Origin: the human T2T-CHM13v2.0 reference genome, Homo sapiens | Assembly: GCF_009914755.1 (NCBI RefSeq) | Contig: NC_060938.1 | Direction: 5' to 3' (one strand) | DNA: 64,000 bases | In this document: piece by piece, positions 1 through 13,268 of the stretch | How the letters are laid out: each line of letters opens with the position of its first letter | How positions within the stretch are numbered: position 1 is the first letter of the stretch | The notes under the pieces: generated by a model | Seen by the model: only the letters and a program-made list of their open reading frames with translations | Database searches by the model: none | Told to the model about the DNA's origin: nothing | Made by a program: the position numbers and the translations under genes

Positions 1-1766
1 GCTCCGTGGGTGAGAGAGCCGGGAGGGCTCGCAGAACGATGAGGACGTCCCGTGCTGTAAGAGGGACAGTGGGCAGAGTTAAGGTAAGGCTGGGAAGGCT
101 GACGCCCCCTGTGCCTGGAGAGCTAGGTGTGGAGGAAATGGACCAAAAGTCAGGCTGGAAGAGGGAGCCTCCTGGTGCAGGGCATCGGGTTCCACCTCAG
201 AGCACTCAGAGGCGAGGATGGGCCACAGAGAAATAGAAATAGTTTTGGAAAAGAAAATATGAATGCTTTCCCTAAGTCCTAGACCAAGCTGAGGGGAAGC
301 ACCTTTCTGTCTGAGAACAGGAAAAGGCCAGTATTGCCAGGAGCCAGTGAGATGCCAGATGCCGGTGGGAGAGTCAAGGCCCTCCCAAGAACAAACATGC
401 TTTGCATAGCTCAGCAGGGATCAATCAGGTGCTCTCTGAAATCCACCTCAGTGATGGCTACTGGGTGGAGCCGACGATGAAAGTGCCCTTGCCAGGTTTC
501 TTTTCATGTAGGTTGTCTCCCGCCTCTGAGGGCATGCAGTTGAGTCTCCCAACAGTGGAGGGCAGGAGGGAAATGAACGTGGACAGAAAGCTCCTGTTCA
601 GCAGCACTTTCACAGACACTCATCCCGCCTACACTCCCCGTGAGCAGGTGGCTTGGTCAGCGTTCTGTTTCTAGGAGATGGGACACTGGCTGCTGGGGGG
701 TAGCTGGTGAGGTGTAAGTGATCGTGGCTAGGCCAGTTAGGAGACTCTGACAGTCCAGGAAGAGATGATAGGGGCATGCAGGAAGGTGTTGAAGGTGAAG
801 ACAAAAAAGACAGGCAGGTACCCAGATTTAGAGAACTGACCAGGCTGACAGTTATAAGAAGCTGGTGTCAGGGATGATTCCCTGGTTTCTGGGCTGAGGG
901 ACGAGGTGGGCAGACCTGTCCTGAGATGGGAGCTAAAGAAGGGGGCCCCTGCTGTAGCTGAGGAGGCTGCCAGGTAGGCCCATCACAGACAGGTGACAGC
1001 CTGGCCACGGCCCATTATCACACCTCAGACCAGCTCCATGCTTGATGGGCAGCTCATCTCAAGTTGAAAAGCCACAGAAGCGTATCTCTGGGAAACACTG
1101 AGGGTCTGCCTGCCTCTGTAGACCTGGGAGGTCAGCAGATACCACTGAGGCCAAAAAATATGGGTGAGGTTTTAGAGTACATGAAACGGGGATTCATACT
1201 GGGGAGGTGCACGAACCGACTCAAGGGCGTCACGTGGACCTATTCCAGGGCTCCTCTTCTGAGCATTTCCAGGCTCTGAGTGGCATTCTAGATTGGGGAG
1301 GGCGTGGCTGGGTTAACTGAGTTCCAAGACACAAGGGCCTTAGAGTGACACAAGAAAGTGTCCAGTGTCCCGACCTGTGGGACAGACTGCAGCCCAGAGA
1401 GATGCCTCTCTGTCCCGTGTGGCCAGGCCTTCAGTGTCCTGGGGACAGAGCGTGCCCGCCTCCCCTCCACGCCTCAGATGCTACAGCTGCTGCCAGTAGA
1501 GCTAAACAGACATAGAGGCATCTCGCCCTCTCTGCCTAGACCAGTTTTGTGTCCCAGGCCATGACCACACGGAGGGCCTGGACATTTGCCTGGGCCTGGC
1601 TCCTCACCAGACGGGGCCTAGACAAGCCGCCTCCTTCACGCCATCGTTTTCCCACACAGGTTTATCTGAGGACCGGGGTGAGTCTGGCAGGGTGGAGGCA
1701 GAAGAGTTCTGGGACAGTGAGAGAACGTGAGGAGCTGATCTGTATCTTCCCCTTCTCTGTGCCTAG

Positions 1767-1827
1767 GAGAAAAGCAGCCTCCCAGTCAGACAAGCCAGCC
1801 GAGAAGAAGGAAGATGAAAGCCAAATG
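1767..1827 (+). CDS. EVL: EVL internal coding exon ((R)RKAASQSDKPAEKKEDESQM), end of F-actin-binding region of EVH2
   Basis: Pyrimidine tract + AG at 1765-1766, GTGAG donor at 1828; 61 nt, 1 nt plus 20 codons; peptide matches Ena/VASP-like protein. Confidence 0.96.
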
Positions 1828-2704
1828 GTGAGCAAGCAGCCCGCCCCACCCTCAGGCTCCCCACTGAGATGAGCGCATCGCCAGGGAGGCTCTCTGGTCT
1901 CAGGCGAGGCCTTTGGGACATGCGTGGGATGGGCGCTTCATCAGGTGATTCACAGGAGGGGCGGAGGGTCTCTGCGGTGCTTGTCCCTGCGCCACCCTGG
2001 CCCCAGCAGCAGGCCTGCCCTCACTGAGCACCCCCTACCAGACACTGCTCCACCCTTGGAGCTGCAGCCTGAGGCGCTGGCCGCTGCACCGCAGGGCTAC
2101 CTCGCCTTCCCAGGAGCCCCGGGGAGCACAGACCAGCCAGGGTCTCGGCGGGACTGGGACTCCAGGAGTACACTGCAGAGGGGCACGTCTGCCAGAAGCC
2201 CAGAGAGGTTTTTATTTTCAAATTATTTCTGTTTCTAAAGACTCCTCTTCCAGCAGGAGCTTCAGGTGAGCTGTGGCAAAGGAGCCCTGGACCCCTGGCT
2301 CTTGTCCTTACCAGGCAGCCCAGAGCCAGCCTGGCTGCCAGAGCTCCCAACATCTGCTTCCAGTTAGGGCGGCTAATTCTCTTTTCCTCCATGTTAAGCT
2401 TTTCCTATAAAAAGACTCCTACTGACAGGGCTAAGTTTAGCCTTAACTACAAATGCCTTGAAGGTTCCACCTCAGTGCAGAATCAGAGAGGAAATAAAAC
2501 TGCCAGGGACCAGAGCAGGCTTCCTGCCCTGTCCTCCCATCAGTCAGGGTCATGCTGGTGTTACCCTGAGGCTATAGCCCTCCCAGCTGATCCACGCCTC
2601 TCAGCCCCGTCCTGGGCACATATGGGTCCCTTTGCCCCACCAGCCAACTCCCATTCAGCCTGCACTTCCCTGCATCACCCTTACACCTTAAAAAACAGCC
2701 TCCC

Positions 2705-3137
<433 letters not shown>

Positions 3138-4952
3138 TTAGGCCCTTGGAGGGCGAGGCCTGGGCTTCTCACACGTCCACCATTCCCATACCTTGCACAT
3201 GCTGTGGAGTTTAGCCAACTGACTTGCCATGAATTTCTGAAATTGCAGGCCACGGGATAATCACAGACATCAAAATACTGTGGCCTCGCTCCAGCCACAG
3301 CCCTGGGGATCTGAAGACATCGCTGGCCTTTCTTAGTCAGGTGCCAGTATGTTGCAGTCCCAGCCCCTGAAAACTAAAACTCTCGCTCCTGGAGCTCTAA
3401 GAAGAATGGATTTCAAAGCCCAGGGGCTTCTGGAAGAGGAACATTCTTGAAACCTTCAACCCCAAGGATAGCACTCTCCTCCTCAGACCCCCATCTTTTC
3501 TGTCTTGTTTTTCACAGGCCCCTGGCTACAGCTGGTTCTTGTTTGCCATGGTCCCTTCTCATACCCAGGACTAGCGTCTAAAGAGAGCAGGGCCTTCAGA
3601 AGATCCACACACCACACAAGTGCAGTGGGAGGGAGAGAGGCTGATGGCCGGCACTCGTTTTCTTGTTCATGCTTCCTGGTATTTCCCCAATTCTCTGCAG
3701 TGAACATGCACTAAGTTTATCATTAACAGAGAAGAAAGAAGGCTTATTTGAAAGACGAAAAGAGCCCCAAATGTGGAGTCCGGTGACTTGGGCAGGCCCT
3801 CTGCCATGGCAGAGCTGGCCCTGGGCCAATGGAGTTACTGCTCCGAGGACCAGTTCCACCACCTGAAAACCTGCACCCAGGCATGGCCGCCTCACAGACT
3901 GTGCGACTGCCAGAGGTGGGGTGCAAGTCTCTGTGCCCAGGGCCTGGGAGTGCTGCGGCCACCTCTTTCCCAGCCTAGAGTCAAAGCATAACTTCCCTTT
4001 TAAGCAGGGAGGGTTTTAAAAAAATAACATACAAGAAAAGATGATAATTTTTTAGTGACTCTGATGTCACCCTGTATCGCTTTCATCGTGGCCCCCACAT
4101 GTGTGTGTTGATTGACATAATCTGTTATTCAGCTGTCTTTAAAATGAGGAGGCCTGAGAACCTCATCCCAGCACCTGCAGGCTGGCACCTGCTTTTGCCT
4201 CTCGACCAGAGCCTCCCGGGACTTACTCGTTCACCACACAGATACGCAGGGCGTTCCTGATTCTCGTGTGGGGATGTAGTGAGCAGAGGAGACAAAGCAA
4301 AGACCTCTGCCCACGGTGACAAGGGAGAGGTTCTTTGCTTCAGATCAGAATGACACATCAGGTTGGGTGGCCGCCTGTCAACAGCTCAAATGCTGTGCAT
4401 TCTGCTTCATCAAGTGGAAGGATTACTCTTATTACTTAATCAGTGGCATGTTCCTGATGCTGAAAAACCATCCTGACGCACATGCCATGCATGATGAGTG
4501 TTAGGTGTCCCCACTGCTGGATGAACACGTCCACTGTTCGAGCACTGCCACAGACCTATTACACGGGCAGGTGTGTGTGCTGCACAGGGGGAGCAGGCCA
4601 GTCCACGGGGTGCTCATGAGAAGTCAGTGAGATGACATACGGGAGGCATCCGGCCCAAGGGGGGCTCAGGGCTTGCGGGTGTTGAGGGCCAGAAGGAAGT
4701 TCTATATCACCCTGCTGAGAGCCTGTAGCTCCCTGTAGCCTTCCCCTTCCCCAGCTTTGTCCACTGGCTCGATTCTCTCCCCACTGAGATTTTGCGTTTT
4801 CACTTTTAAATATTTAATGTTTTGCTAATTATAAAAGTCATATGTGTTCATTGGGAACATTTGGAAAACTGAGGTTTTATGAAGTGTCCAATGATGTCCT
4901 GCCCTGGCCCCAGGTGGCCTTCCTAAACAGACTCCCTTCTTCTCCATTTTAG

Positions 4953-5016
4953 GAAGATCCTAGTACCTCCCCCTCTCCGGGGACCCGAGCAGCCAGCCAG
5001 CCACCTAACTCCTCAG
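4953..5016 (+). CDS. EVL: EVL coding exon (EDPSTSPSPGTRAASQPPNSS)
   Basis: ttttAG acceptor, GTGAG donor at 5017; 64 nt; phases join the neighbouring exons in frame. Confidence 0.95.
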
Positions 5017-6625
5017 GTGAGAGGGCGCCCCCCGCTGACCCCAGTGAGGCATGAGGTCTCAGAGTGGGAGGGGGGACCCTTCGGACAGGACCCTCTGATC
5101 CAGCCTCTTTAGTATGCCTGAGCAGAGGGCCAGGCCACAGGGAAGCCCATTTCTTATGGGTCCCCCAGAGCCTCCCCCAGGAGCCCATGTGGGAGCACAG
5201 GAAGTGCTAGAGCAGAGCCACTGTGATGGGTCCCCAGGGTGACCTGCGTGTCACCTTCCCACCAGGACCCTGAGTCCCGCACGAGAGAAGGCACTTGCCT
5301 GACGGCACATATTCAGGGTGGGAGTTTGTGTCCAGGGCTCCTGAGGCAGGCTGGGGCCAGTGCTCTTAAGAGGTATCAGTGTCAGGACTCATGTCTCCCA
5401 GTGAAACGCCAGCTGATGACCGACATTACAGAGATGGCAGTAGATCTCGCTCCACCCAAAACGCAGCCCCTTCCCTGGCTCAGGTTTCTCTCTGTCTAAG
5501 CTGTGGCAGATGGGAGGTAGTTAGGAGAGTATGATGAGGCTTCGCAGGGGAGGAAGACCCCAGGGTTGGTTGTTCATTCGACAAACATCTTTGCAGCACC
5601 TGCTCTGTGCCAGGCCTGTGCTCATGAGCACAGCGAGGAGAGACAGGGGCATCAGGCTGCCCTAGCTGGGCAGAGGAGGCTCTTGCCAGCTGTTCGCGTG
5701 TGTCTCTGGGGCATGCTCAGGTTGGGTGTCGCCTCCCTGTGAAACTGCACGCCATGTCCTCTCCTCCTAAGATTTTTGCCTGGTGTCTTGATTTGCCAGG
5801 ATGCATAGGTTCCTGGCTGATGAACGTGATCAATACCCCTGCCCTGTTTGCTTCTTCCAACAGCCCAGTGAGTGGGCTACGTGGTTCCCATCTGTGTGCA
5901 AAGTGGTTTGCTCAAGGCCACACACCTGGGACATGTCTGTAGCCCCAGGTCTAGTGCCTGCAGGCCCAGCGCCTGTCCCAGAAGGTGGCTTTGAGGAAAA
6001 CTGCCTCAATCCCACCGTTGGTCCGCAGGGTGCCAAGGCTTAGCTCTGGGCCAGGCAGCTGCCCCACTACCCCCTAGAGATTTTGTCTTCTGCCTCTGCT
6101 TGTCCTGCACAGTCAACGAATTCAAGTTAATGCAACAAATCTTTTGGAGTAGAACAAAATATAATCCAATACCACTTAAAAAAGACAAGCCAGCCAGAAT
6201 GGGACAGAGCCAGGCGCAGCATGGGAGGCAGACTAAGGAGCCCCTCAGTAGCAGGTGCCGGGCCGAGGGGCCTGGCCGCCACACCACACGTGGGAGCAAG
6301 GCTGTGCTGGGATGTCCGGGGAGGTCGTGCTTGCTCGCCCTGTGGCTCTAGTCACTGGGTCCCTTACCAGCAGGCTCACATTCCAGAGAGACCTGGCACA
6401 GTGAAGGGCTCAGAACCAGATCACAGGTCAGGGTCAACCTGACCTAGGCCATGGGGGACTGAGAACAAGGTGCCAGGTTTTGGCTTAACTCAATCAGACC
6501 TTCCTGCCACGGGGCTCTGCACCCTTGGCATGGGTGAGGGCTTCCTGTTGGGGTGTTTAGGGGATTGGGGTGGCTACTGAGTCCCTTCACCTGTGAGGTT
6601 CTTCATCCATGAAATGAACTGACAG

Positions 6626-6692
6626 AGGCTGGCCGGAAGCCCTGGGAGCGGAGCAACTCGGTGGAGAAGCCTGTGTCCTCGATTCTGTCCAG
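6626..6692 (+). CDS. EVL: EVL coding exon (EAGRKPWERSNSVEKPVSSILS(R))
   Basis: gacAG acceptor, GTGAG donor at 6693; 67 nt; contains the conserved Ena/VASP RKPWE motif. Confidence 0.96.
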
Positions 6693-6787
6693 GTGAGCTG
6701 CCCCAGGAAGGCCTGAGCAGCGAGGCTGGTGGGGCAGAGGCGGGCGCTGGCGCCGATTCACATGTCTGTTTCATTCCATTGCCGTAG

Positions 6788-6850
6788 AACCCCGTCTGTG
6801 GCAAAGAGCCCCGAAGCTAAGAGCCCCCTTCAGTCGCAGCCTCACTCTAG
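6788..6850 (+). CDS. EVL: EVL 63-nt symmetric cassette exon ([21 protein letters not shown]), EVL-I insertion
   Basis: gtAG acceptor, weak GTACCG donor; 63 nt, phase 2-2; matches the known 21-aa EVH2 insert of EVL-I. Confidence 0.92.
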
Positions 6851-9021
6851 GTACCGAACAACCCTCCTGCTCACATGTCCCCCAGGGTTTGGGGCTCCTC
6901 TGTCCCCCGTCCCGTGACTAACACCCTTGCACGCTGTCTCACGTCCTGGCATTTAACAACTTGCTCTGCGAAGGTGGTCTGTTCTTTCAGACCCAGGACC
7001 TCGGGGTCCTGTCAGTCAGCTGCTCCGTCTTTTCCCTCTGAGAGAGAGACCAAGGGCAAGGAGGGCAGTGACCTGTCCACAGAGGTAGTGCAGGGGGGGG
7101 CCAACATGGAGTCCCAGCTCTGGACTCACTACGTGTGACAGTGGGCAAGTTAGGGGACCTCTCCAAGCCTCTGTTTTCCCCCCACAAAGTGAGGTCTGTT
7201 AACCCCTGCTGCACAGGGTGGTGGTGGGGACAGCTGTGAGCAACAGCTGGACATGGGGTGTGGTCACTAGCCAGGGCTGCACCCTACAGTTCAACCAGTC
7301 CTAGCACTGGCGCTGAGCCCTACCCCTTTCCTCCAGCCCAGAGTCCTTCCTCTGCGGCCGGCACACAGAATCAGTTTCCCCACAGACATACTGACCATAT
7401 TTCCCAAGCCAAAAGCTGGCATGACAACATGATAGAATATTTGGAACTGAGATTGCCCAAAAAGGCAGAGGCAGCCAGCCACATAGTATCTGGAGGTACA
7501 TGTGGCCTGAATTGGAAGGCCTCTAGAACCTGCGTCAAGAATGTCTCCATCGCCACCACAAATTGAAGGGAAACCACCCTTATCACAGAGCAGGAGGCAT
7601 TGAAACTGGCCTTGCAGAGCTGAACAGGTGGTGAGAGCAGAGCAGTGCAGGTGGACAGAGATGAGGAAGTCTTAGCAGTCAGCTGGGGTTTGTCCAAGGC
7701 TTGTGGTCAGCCAGGCCGTGTGCTGGGGACAGTCCCTGCCTGCAAAGAGCACCGTGTGAACAAGGCCACTGTGGTCCTGAGGGGTGCTCTGGACAGGGTG
7801 CAGGGCCACATGGTGGAAGGGACAGGGTGCTTTGCGGAGTGGGGTGGGGCAAGCCTCTGTCGGGAGCTGGCATTTTCGTTGACCCGGACGAGGAGGAGTC
7901 TGCTCTGCGGAGATCATGGGGACAGCCTCCCAAGCTGAAGGAAGGGTAAGTGCCAGGGCCCTGAGCCTGCAGCCACCCGCCAAGCTCCCCCGCACCTCCA
8001 CCTGGAAGCAGACAGGCCATGGGGCAGGGGAACGGGAAGGGTGAGGAAGAGGGTGTGGGGGAGCGCGGAGTTAGAAGTTTGCATTGTGTTCATGCGCAGG
8101 GCCCAGTCATGGAACTTGAGGCACAGGGTGCCATGGTGGAGGCTGGGAAGGGGAAGGCAACCAGAGTGGGCAAAACGAGGGCCCTGGAGCAGACACGGCA
8201 GCAAGGGGAGCCTGCAGCGCTCCCAGCGGACTCCGCCACGTCCTGCTGGTGGAGCAAAGGCGGGCTGCCATGTTGTGAGTGGCCAAGGGTCGCTCACTGG
8301 GCAGGAACATTGTCAAGGCCATTCATGCTTGAAATAGGGTCTCTCTTCAGCTCTGAGGCAAATCTGTTCTCTAATTTTCAGATGACTTCAAGGGGAACGT
8401 GTACCACCACCCCTCTGGTGCGTCACATTGCTTAGGAAGCCTGCTGTGTTTATCACTGGGTGGCTGTCAGGGCTGAGATGGAGAGGGCCAGGGCCTGGCG
8501 AGGTGGAGCAGTCGGCCCAGGTGTCCCAGCAATTGTTGCTGGAACAGGGTCTGGAACCCACAGGAGAGGCCTGAAGGACCCAGGGCCCTCTGGCTGGATG
8601 CGTTTGCCTATCAGGACCCAGAATTACTTACAGACCTGTTTAGGGCTAGGCTTGGCCTCTTTCTTGAGCTCATCTGGAGGGGTGTGGCAACACTCATTCT
8701 TCATCCTTATTCTCCCTGGCTGTGGGCAACACTGGTCCTCAGTGTCACCAGATGGTCCTCCTCTGTGCCCATGACCCCTCAGCAGCCAAGGCTGGCCCTG
8801 CCAGATAAATGTGTGTGCCCATGATCACACCCAGGGGCACAGGCCACATACGTTTCCCTGAAACCTTGGGCTCCAGCCTCCATCCCGTCCATGTGGGAGG
8901 GAACTTGGGTCCCAGCAGTGTGTCTTTCAGCACCAAGTCATGTTTAAAAGACCAGAGAGACAAGCATTTTGCCAAGATCTTCCAGGGAAGATGCATGTGT
9001 GACACATTAACATTCAAATCA

Positions 9022-9932
<911 letters not shown>

Positions 9933-10227
9933 TTAAGTTGCCACCTCTGCATAAGAGCTCTCTGATCAGAAAGCAGTTTCTTTGTTGACCCCAGCCAGCC
10001 TTGGCTCTCGGGTTGGGAAATACAGTCACGGTATCCATGGAGACCTCTTGAGGTGGAGACGGGCGTTAAATCCTTCTCAGGCAGTCTGAGGTGGCCAGAG
10101 TCTGAAGCAAGCAGCCTCTATGGAGCGAGGGGAGCAGGTGGGCCCAGCCTGAGCGGGGCCTCTGCACAGCCAGCTTTCCCCCACACCTGTCTCCAGCCAG
10201 GGCACCCACAGGCCCTTTCTCTCCCAG

Positions 10228-10294
10228 GATGAAGCCTGCTGGGAGCGTGAATGACATGGCCCTGGATGCCTTCGACTTGGACCGGATGAAGCAG
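10228..10294 (+). CDS. EVL: EVL coding exon (MKPAGSVNDMALDAFDLDRMKQ)
   Basis: ctttctctcccAG acceptor, GTGAG donor; 67 nt; start of tetramerisation coiled coil. Confidence 0.96.
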
Positions 10295-10783
10295 GTGAGC
10301 ATGCCCTGTGCCCTTCCCTCAAGAGGCTGAGGGCAGCCAGCAGGCGGGGGACCGTCTCTGACCAGCATGGCCAGGCAGGCCCTGGGGGCCCACATGTAGC
10401 TGCCAAAAGGCCAGTCAGGGAGCAGCCACGGCAGAAAGGGGGTGCCCAAGCCTGTCCTTTGTCCCCAGCCCCTGCCATCACCAGAACTAGGATGTCCCTC
10501 AACCTTTCTGGGCACCTCCCTCAGGCCTGCCTCTGGGGCTTTCTGCCCCGAGGAAGCCCTTAGTTTCAGTGGCGTCTACCTGAGGGAGGTGGCAGCAGGA
10601 TTTTCCCAGGCCTCCCATGCCGTCCCCCCTCAGCGTGGGAAGGGGGCCACGAGGAGACAAGGGTGACAGATGCAACTCTGGAGAGGCCCAGGAGACCCCA
10701 AGCCCTTTGGACATGGCCCAGCCCAGGCCGGCTTTTCCGTCTCCACTGCCTGTCCCTTCACCTGGACACTCCTCTCCCAACAG

Positions 10784-10841
10784 GAGATCCTAGAGGAGGT
10801 GGTGAGAGAGCTCCACAAGGTGAAGGAGGAGATCATCGACG
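10784..10841 (+). CDS. EVL: EVL coding exon (EILEEVVRELHKVKEEIID), VASP tetramerisation domain
   Basis: caacAG acceptor, GTGAGT donor; 58 nt; typical Ena/VASP coiled-coil sequence. Confidence 0.97.
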
Positions 10842-12748
10842 GTGAGTGCAGCCCCACCGGGGAGGGTGGCACCCAGGTGTGGCCGCAGGACAAGGGTCCC
10901 TGTCACCCAGGCTGGGGGCCTCCAGTTTTGAGCTGGAGCCCATACTGCACTGGGCCCTGTGAGAGATTTCATTCTTACCATCTCTAGTTGAGGAAACAGG
11001 CTCAGGAAAGCTGAAAGCTAAGTGGCTTGCCTAAGAATTTGTAGCTCCCTGGTAGCATGACACCCGAATCTGACCTTCCACATCCCCGGCACCTTCCTGG
11101 AAGACCCACGTGGGAAGAGCATGGAGGGGAGACCCCAGCATCGTTCCAGAGCCAGGTCTGGAGGAGCCACCTGAGCTGCTGTCATTCCACCCCCTGGCGG
11201 TTTATACTGCCTTCTTGATACTGCCACCTCCAGTCACTGGTGTTGGGCTTCTGAGGTGACCACTCTGCCTTCCTGGGGGTACAGGAAGACCAAGGTCTAC
11301 AGAAGCACCTTCCAGGCTTGAGCTCGTTCACAGCCTGCCTGGCCCTGGGCTGGGGAACAGGCAGGGAGCAGCCTCTGGCTCCAGAGCAGGGTGGGTCTCA
11401 ATGCATCACATCCGTCCTTCCGGTTCCCAGCAGAGCCTTTGAATGCTCTGCCTCAGATCTGCAGCCAGAGGAAAAGGGGGAGTGGGCAGGGCAGACTCAG
11501 TCTAGGGACGAGCTATGCAGCACAGCCAGTGCCAGCTCCCCACGTGCCTCCCCAACCAGGGTGATAAAGGCTGACACCTGGGTGTGTAGCTGGGTCTGGC
11601 CCCCAGGGCATCACAGTGACCGGGGCAAAAGGGTCCCACAAGCGCACAGGGGTGGAGGCTGATGGCAGAGGGAAGAGGCAGGTGGGAGCCCAAAGACCCA
11701 GGCCTCCTCCCCCAGCCGGCCCACCCTTGTTTGAGCAGAGAGCACTCAGTTCCTGTTTGTCCAGTTCCCCCAAAGGCCTGGGCTGGGGAGATAAGGAGTT
11801 AACAAATGAGGGGAATGAGGCAGCCTGGGCGATAGGCAGGCACTCAGCCAACTGGTCACACCGCCTTACTGCTGGGTGCCGTCTGGCCCCAGGCATAGCT
11901 GGGTCAGAAACCCAGGGCCCACCACAGCCTCTCCACCTGCTGTGGGTGCAGCCCCAGGTGGAACCCACCCTGGCTGAGAGCCCGGGGGTAGGCATGGGCC
12001 ATACCAGGGGCTCTGAGAAGCAGCTCCCATCCCCCAGCCCCCACAACCTTCTCCTGGCTGTTGGCTCTTGGCCCAGCAAGGTCCATCCAGAGAGAGGCCT
12101 GAGTTGACATAGAGGAGGGGGAGTCCGGGAGGGGATGGATACCAGAGGAAGGAGGGAAAGGCCCAAATTTGGGAGGCCGGGGGTTGGAGCACTAGCTTGG
12201 GGTGATGAGGAAGCTGGGGGGAGGCAAGAGAGGACCCTGCCTCTCCTGAGGAGTGAGCAGAGCCAGGGCAGTCCCTGGGGTCCAGGGCCAAGATTTCCTG
12301 CTGACCCCTGCAGGAGCTGGGAGGGCAGAGCCTCAGCCTCCACTATGTTGGGGGAAGGGCTCCCGGGCCCCCGGCACCTGGACACCCACCTGTCCAGAGC
12401 CTACAGAGACCCTGCGTCCCCACACAGCAGCTCCTCACACCAGAGTTCTGGTGCCCAGCACTCCTCAGCAGCAGTGAGGCCACAGGCAGGGCACAGGCCT
12501 CTGTCCCTACGCCAGGTCCTCCCCTAAAAGGGCAGTGGCAGCAGGGGCCGCCGCAGAAGGAATGGCAGATGAGACCCAAAGCCTTTGGTCATCACCCCAG
12601 AGGTCTATGCCAAAGCCTGGGTGGGGCTCCCAGGAGATGGAACAGGGACACATACCAGGCAGGTCCACGCCAGGGGTGCGGGGCCCTGATGAGGAACCGG
12701 GCTGCACTGGTCATGGCTGCACCTGAGCCGCCGCCACCTGTCCCGCAG

Positions 12749-12786
12749 CCATCAGGCAGGAGCTGAGTGGGATCAGCACCACGTAA
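12749..12786 (+). CDS. EVL: EVL last coding exon ((A)IRQELSGISTT*)
   Basis: cccgcAG acceptor; frame continues from the previous exon; TAA at 12784-12786. Confidence 0.96.
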
Positions 12787-13262
12787 GGGGCCGGCCTCGC
12801 TGCGCTGATTCGTCGAGCCCATCCGGCGACAGAGGACAGCCAGAAGCCCAGCCAGCCCCAGACTCCAGTGCACCAGAGCACGCACAGGAGCCTGGGCGCG
12901 CTGCTGTGAAACGTCCTGACCTGTGATCACACATGACAGTGAGGAAACCAAGTGCAACTCCTGGGTTTTTTTAGATTCTGCCTGACACGGAACACCAGGT
13001 CTGCTCGTCTTTTTTGTGTTTTATATTTGCTTATTTAAGGTACATTTCTTTGGGTTTCTAGAGACGCCCCTAAGTCACCTGCTTCATTAGACGGTTTCCA
13101 GGTTTTCTCCCAGGTGACGCTGTTAGCGCCTCAGCTGGCGGTGACAGCCGGCCCAGCGTGGCGCCACCACACACCGCAGAGCTGTCCAGGCACAGCTCCG
13201 TCCCCAGCGCTCATGGTGTTGAAACTGTCTGTCATGCACCACGGTGTCTGTGTCCACACAGT

Positions 13263-13268
13263 AATAAA
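13263..13268 (+). terminator. EVL: EVL polyadenylation signal AATAAA (3' UTR 12787 to about 13285)
   Basis: First canonical AATAAA after the stop codon, about 480 nt downstream. Confidence 0.85.

Noticed and set aside
3730-3782. Possible cryptic purine-rich EVL exon (taacAG...CCG|GTGACT)
   Set aside because: Poor pyrimidine tract, mediocre donor and frameshifting length (53 nt); unsupported without RNA data.
4440-4600. Possible intronic C/D snoRNA or miRNA hairpin (ATGATGA, short GGCATGT/ACATGCC stem)
   Set aside because: No D box at a suitable distance and no long stem; the known EVL intronic miR-342 lies upstream of this window.
11513-12385. 290-aa ORF antisense to the last EVL intron
   Set aside because: Non-ATG start, low-complexity GC-rich composition and no recognisable homology.
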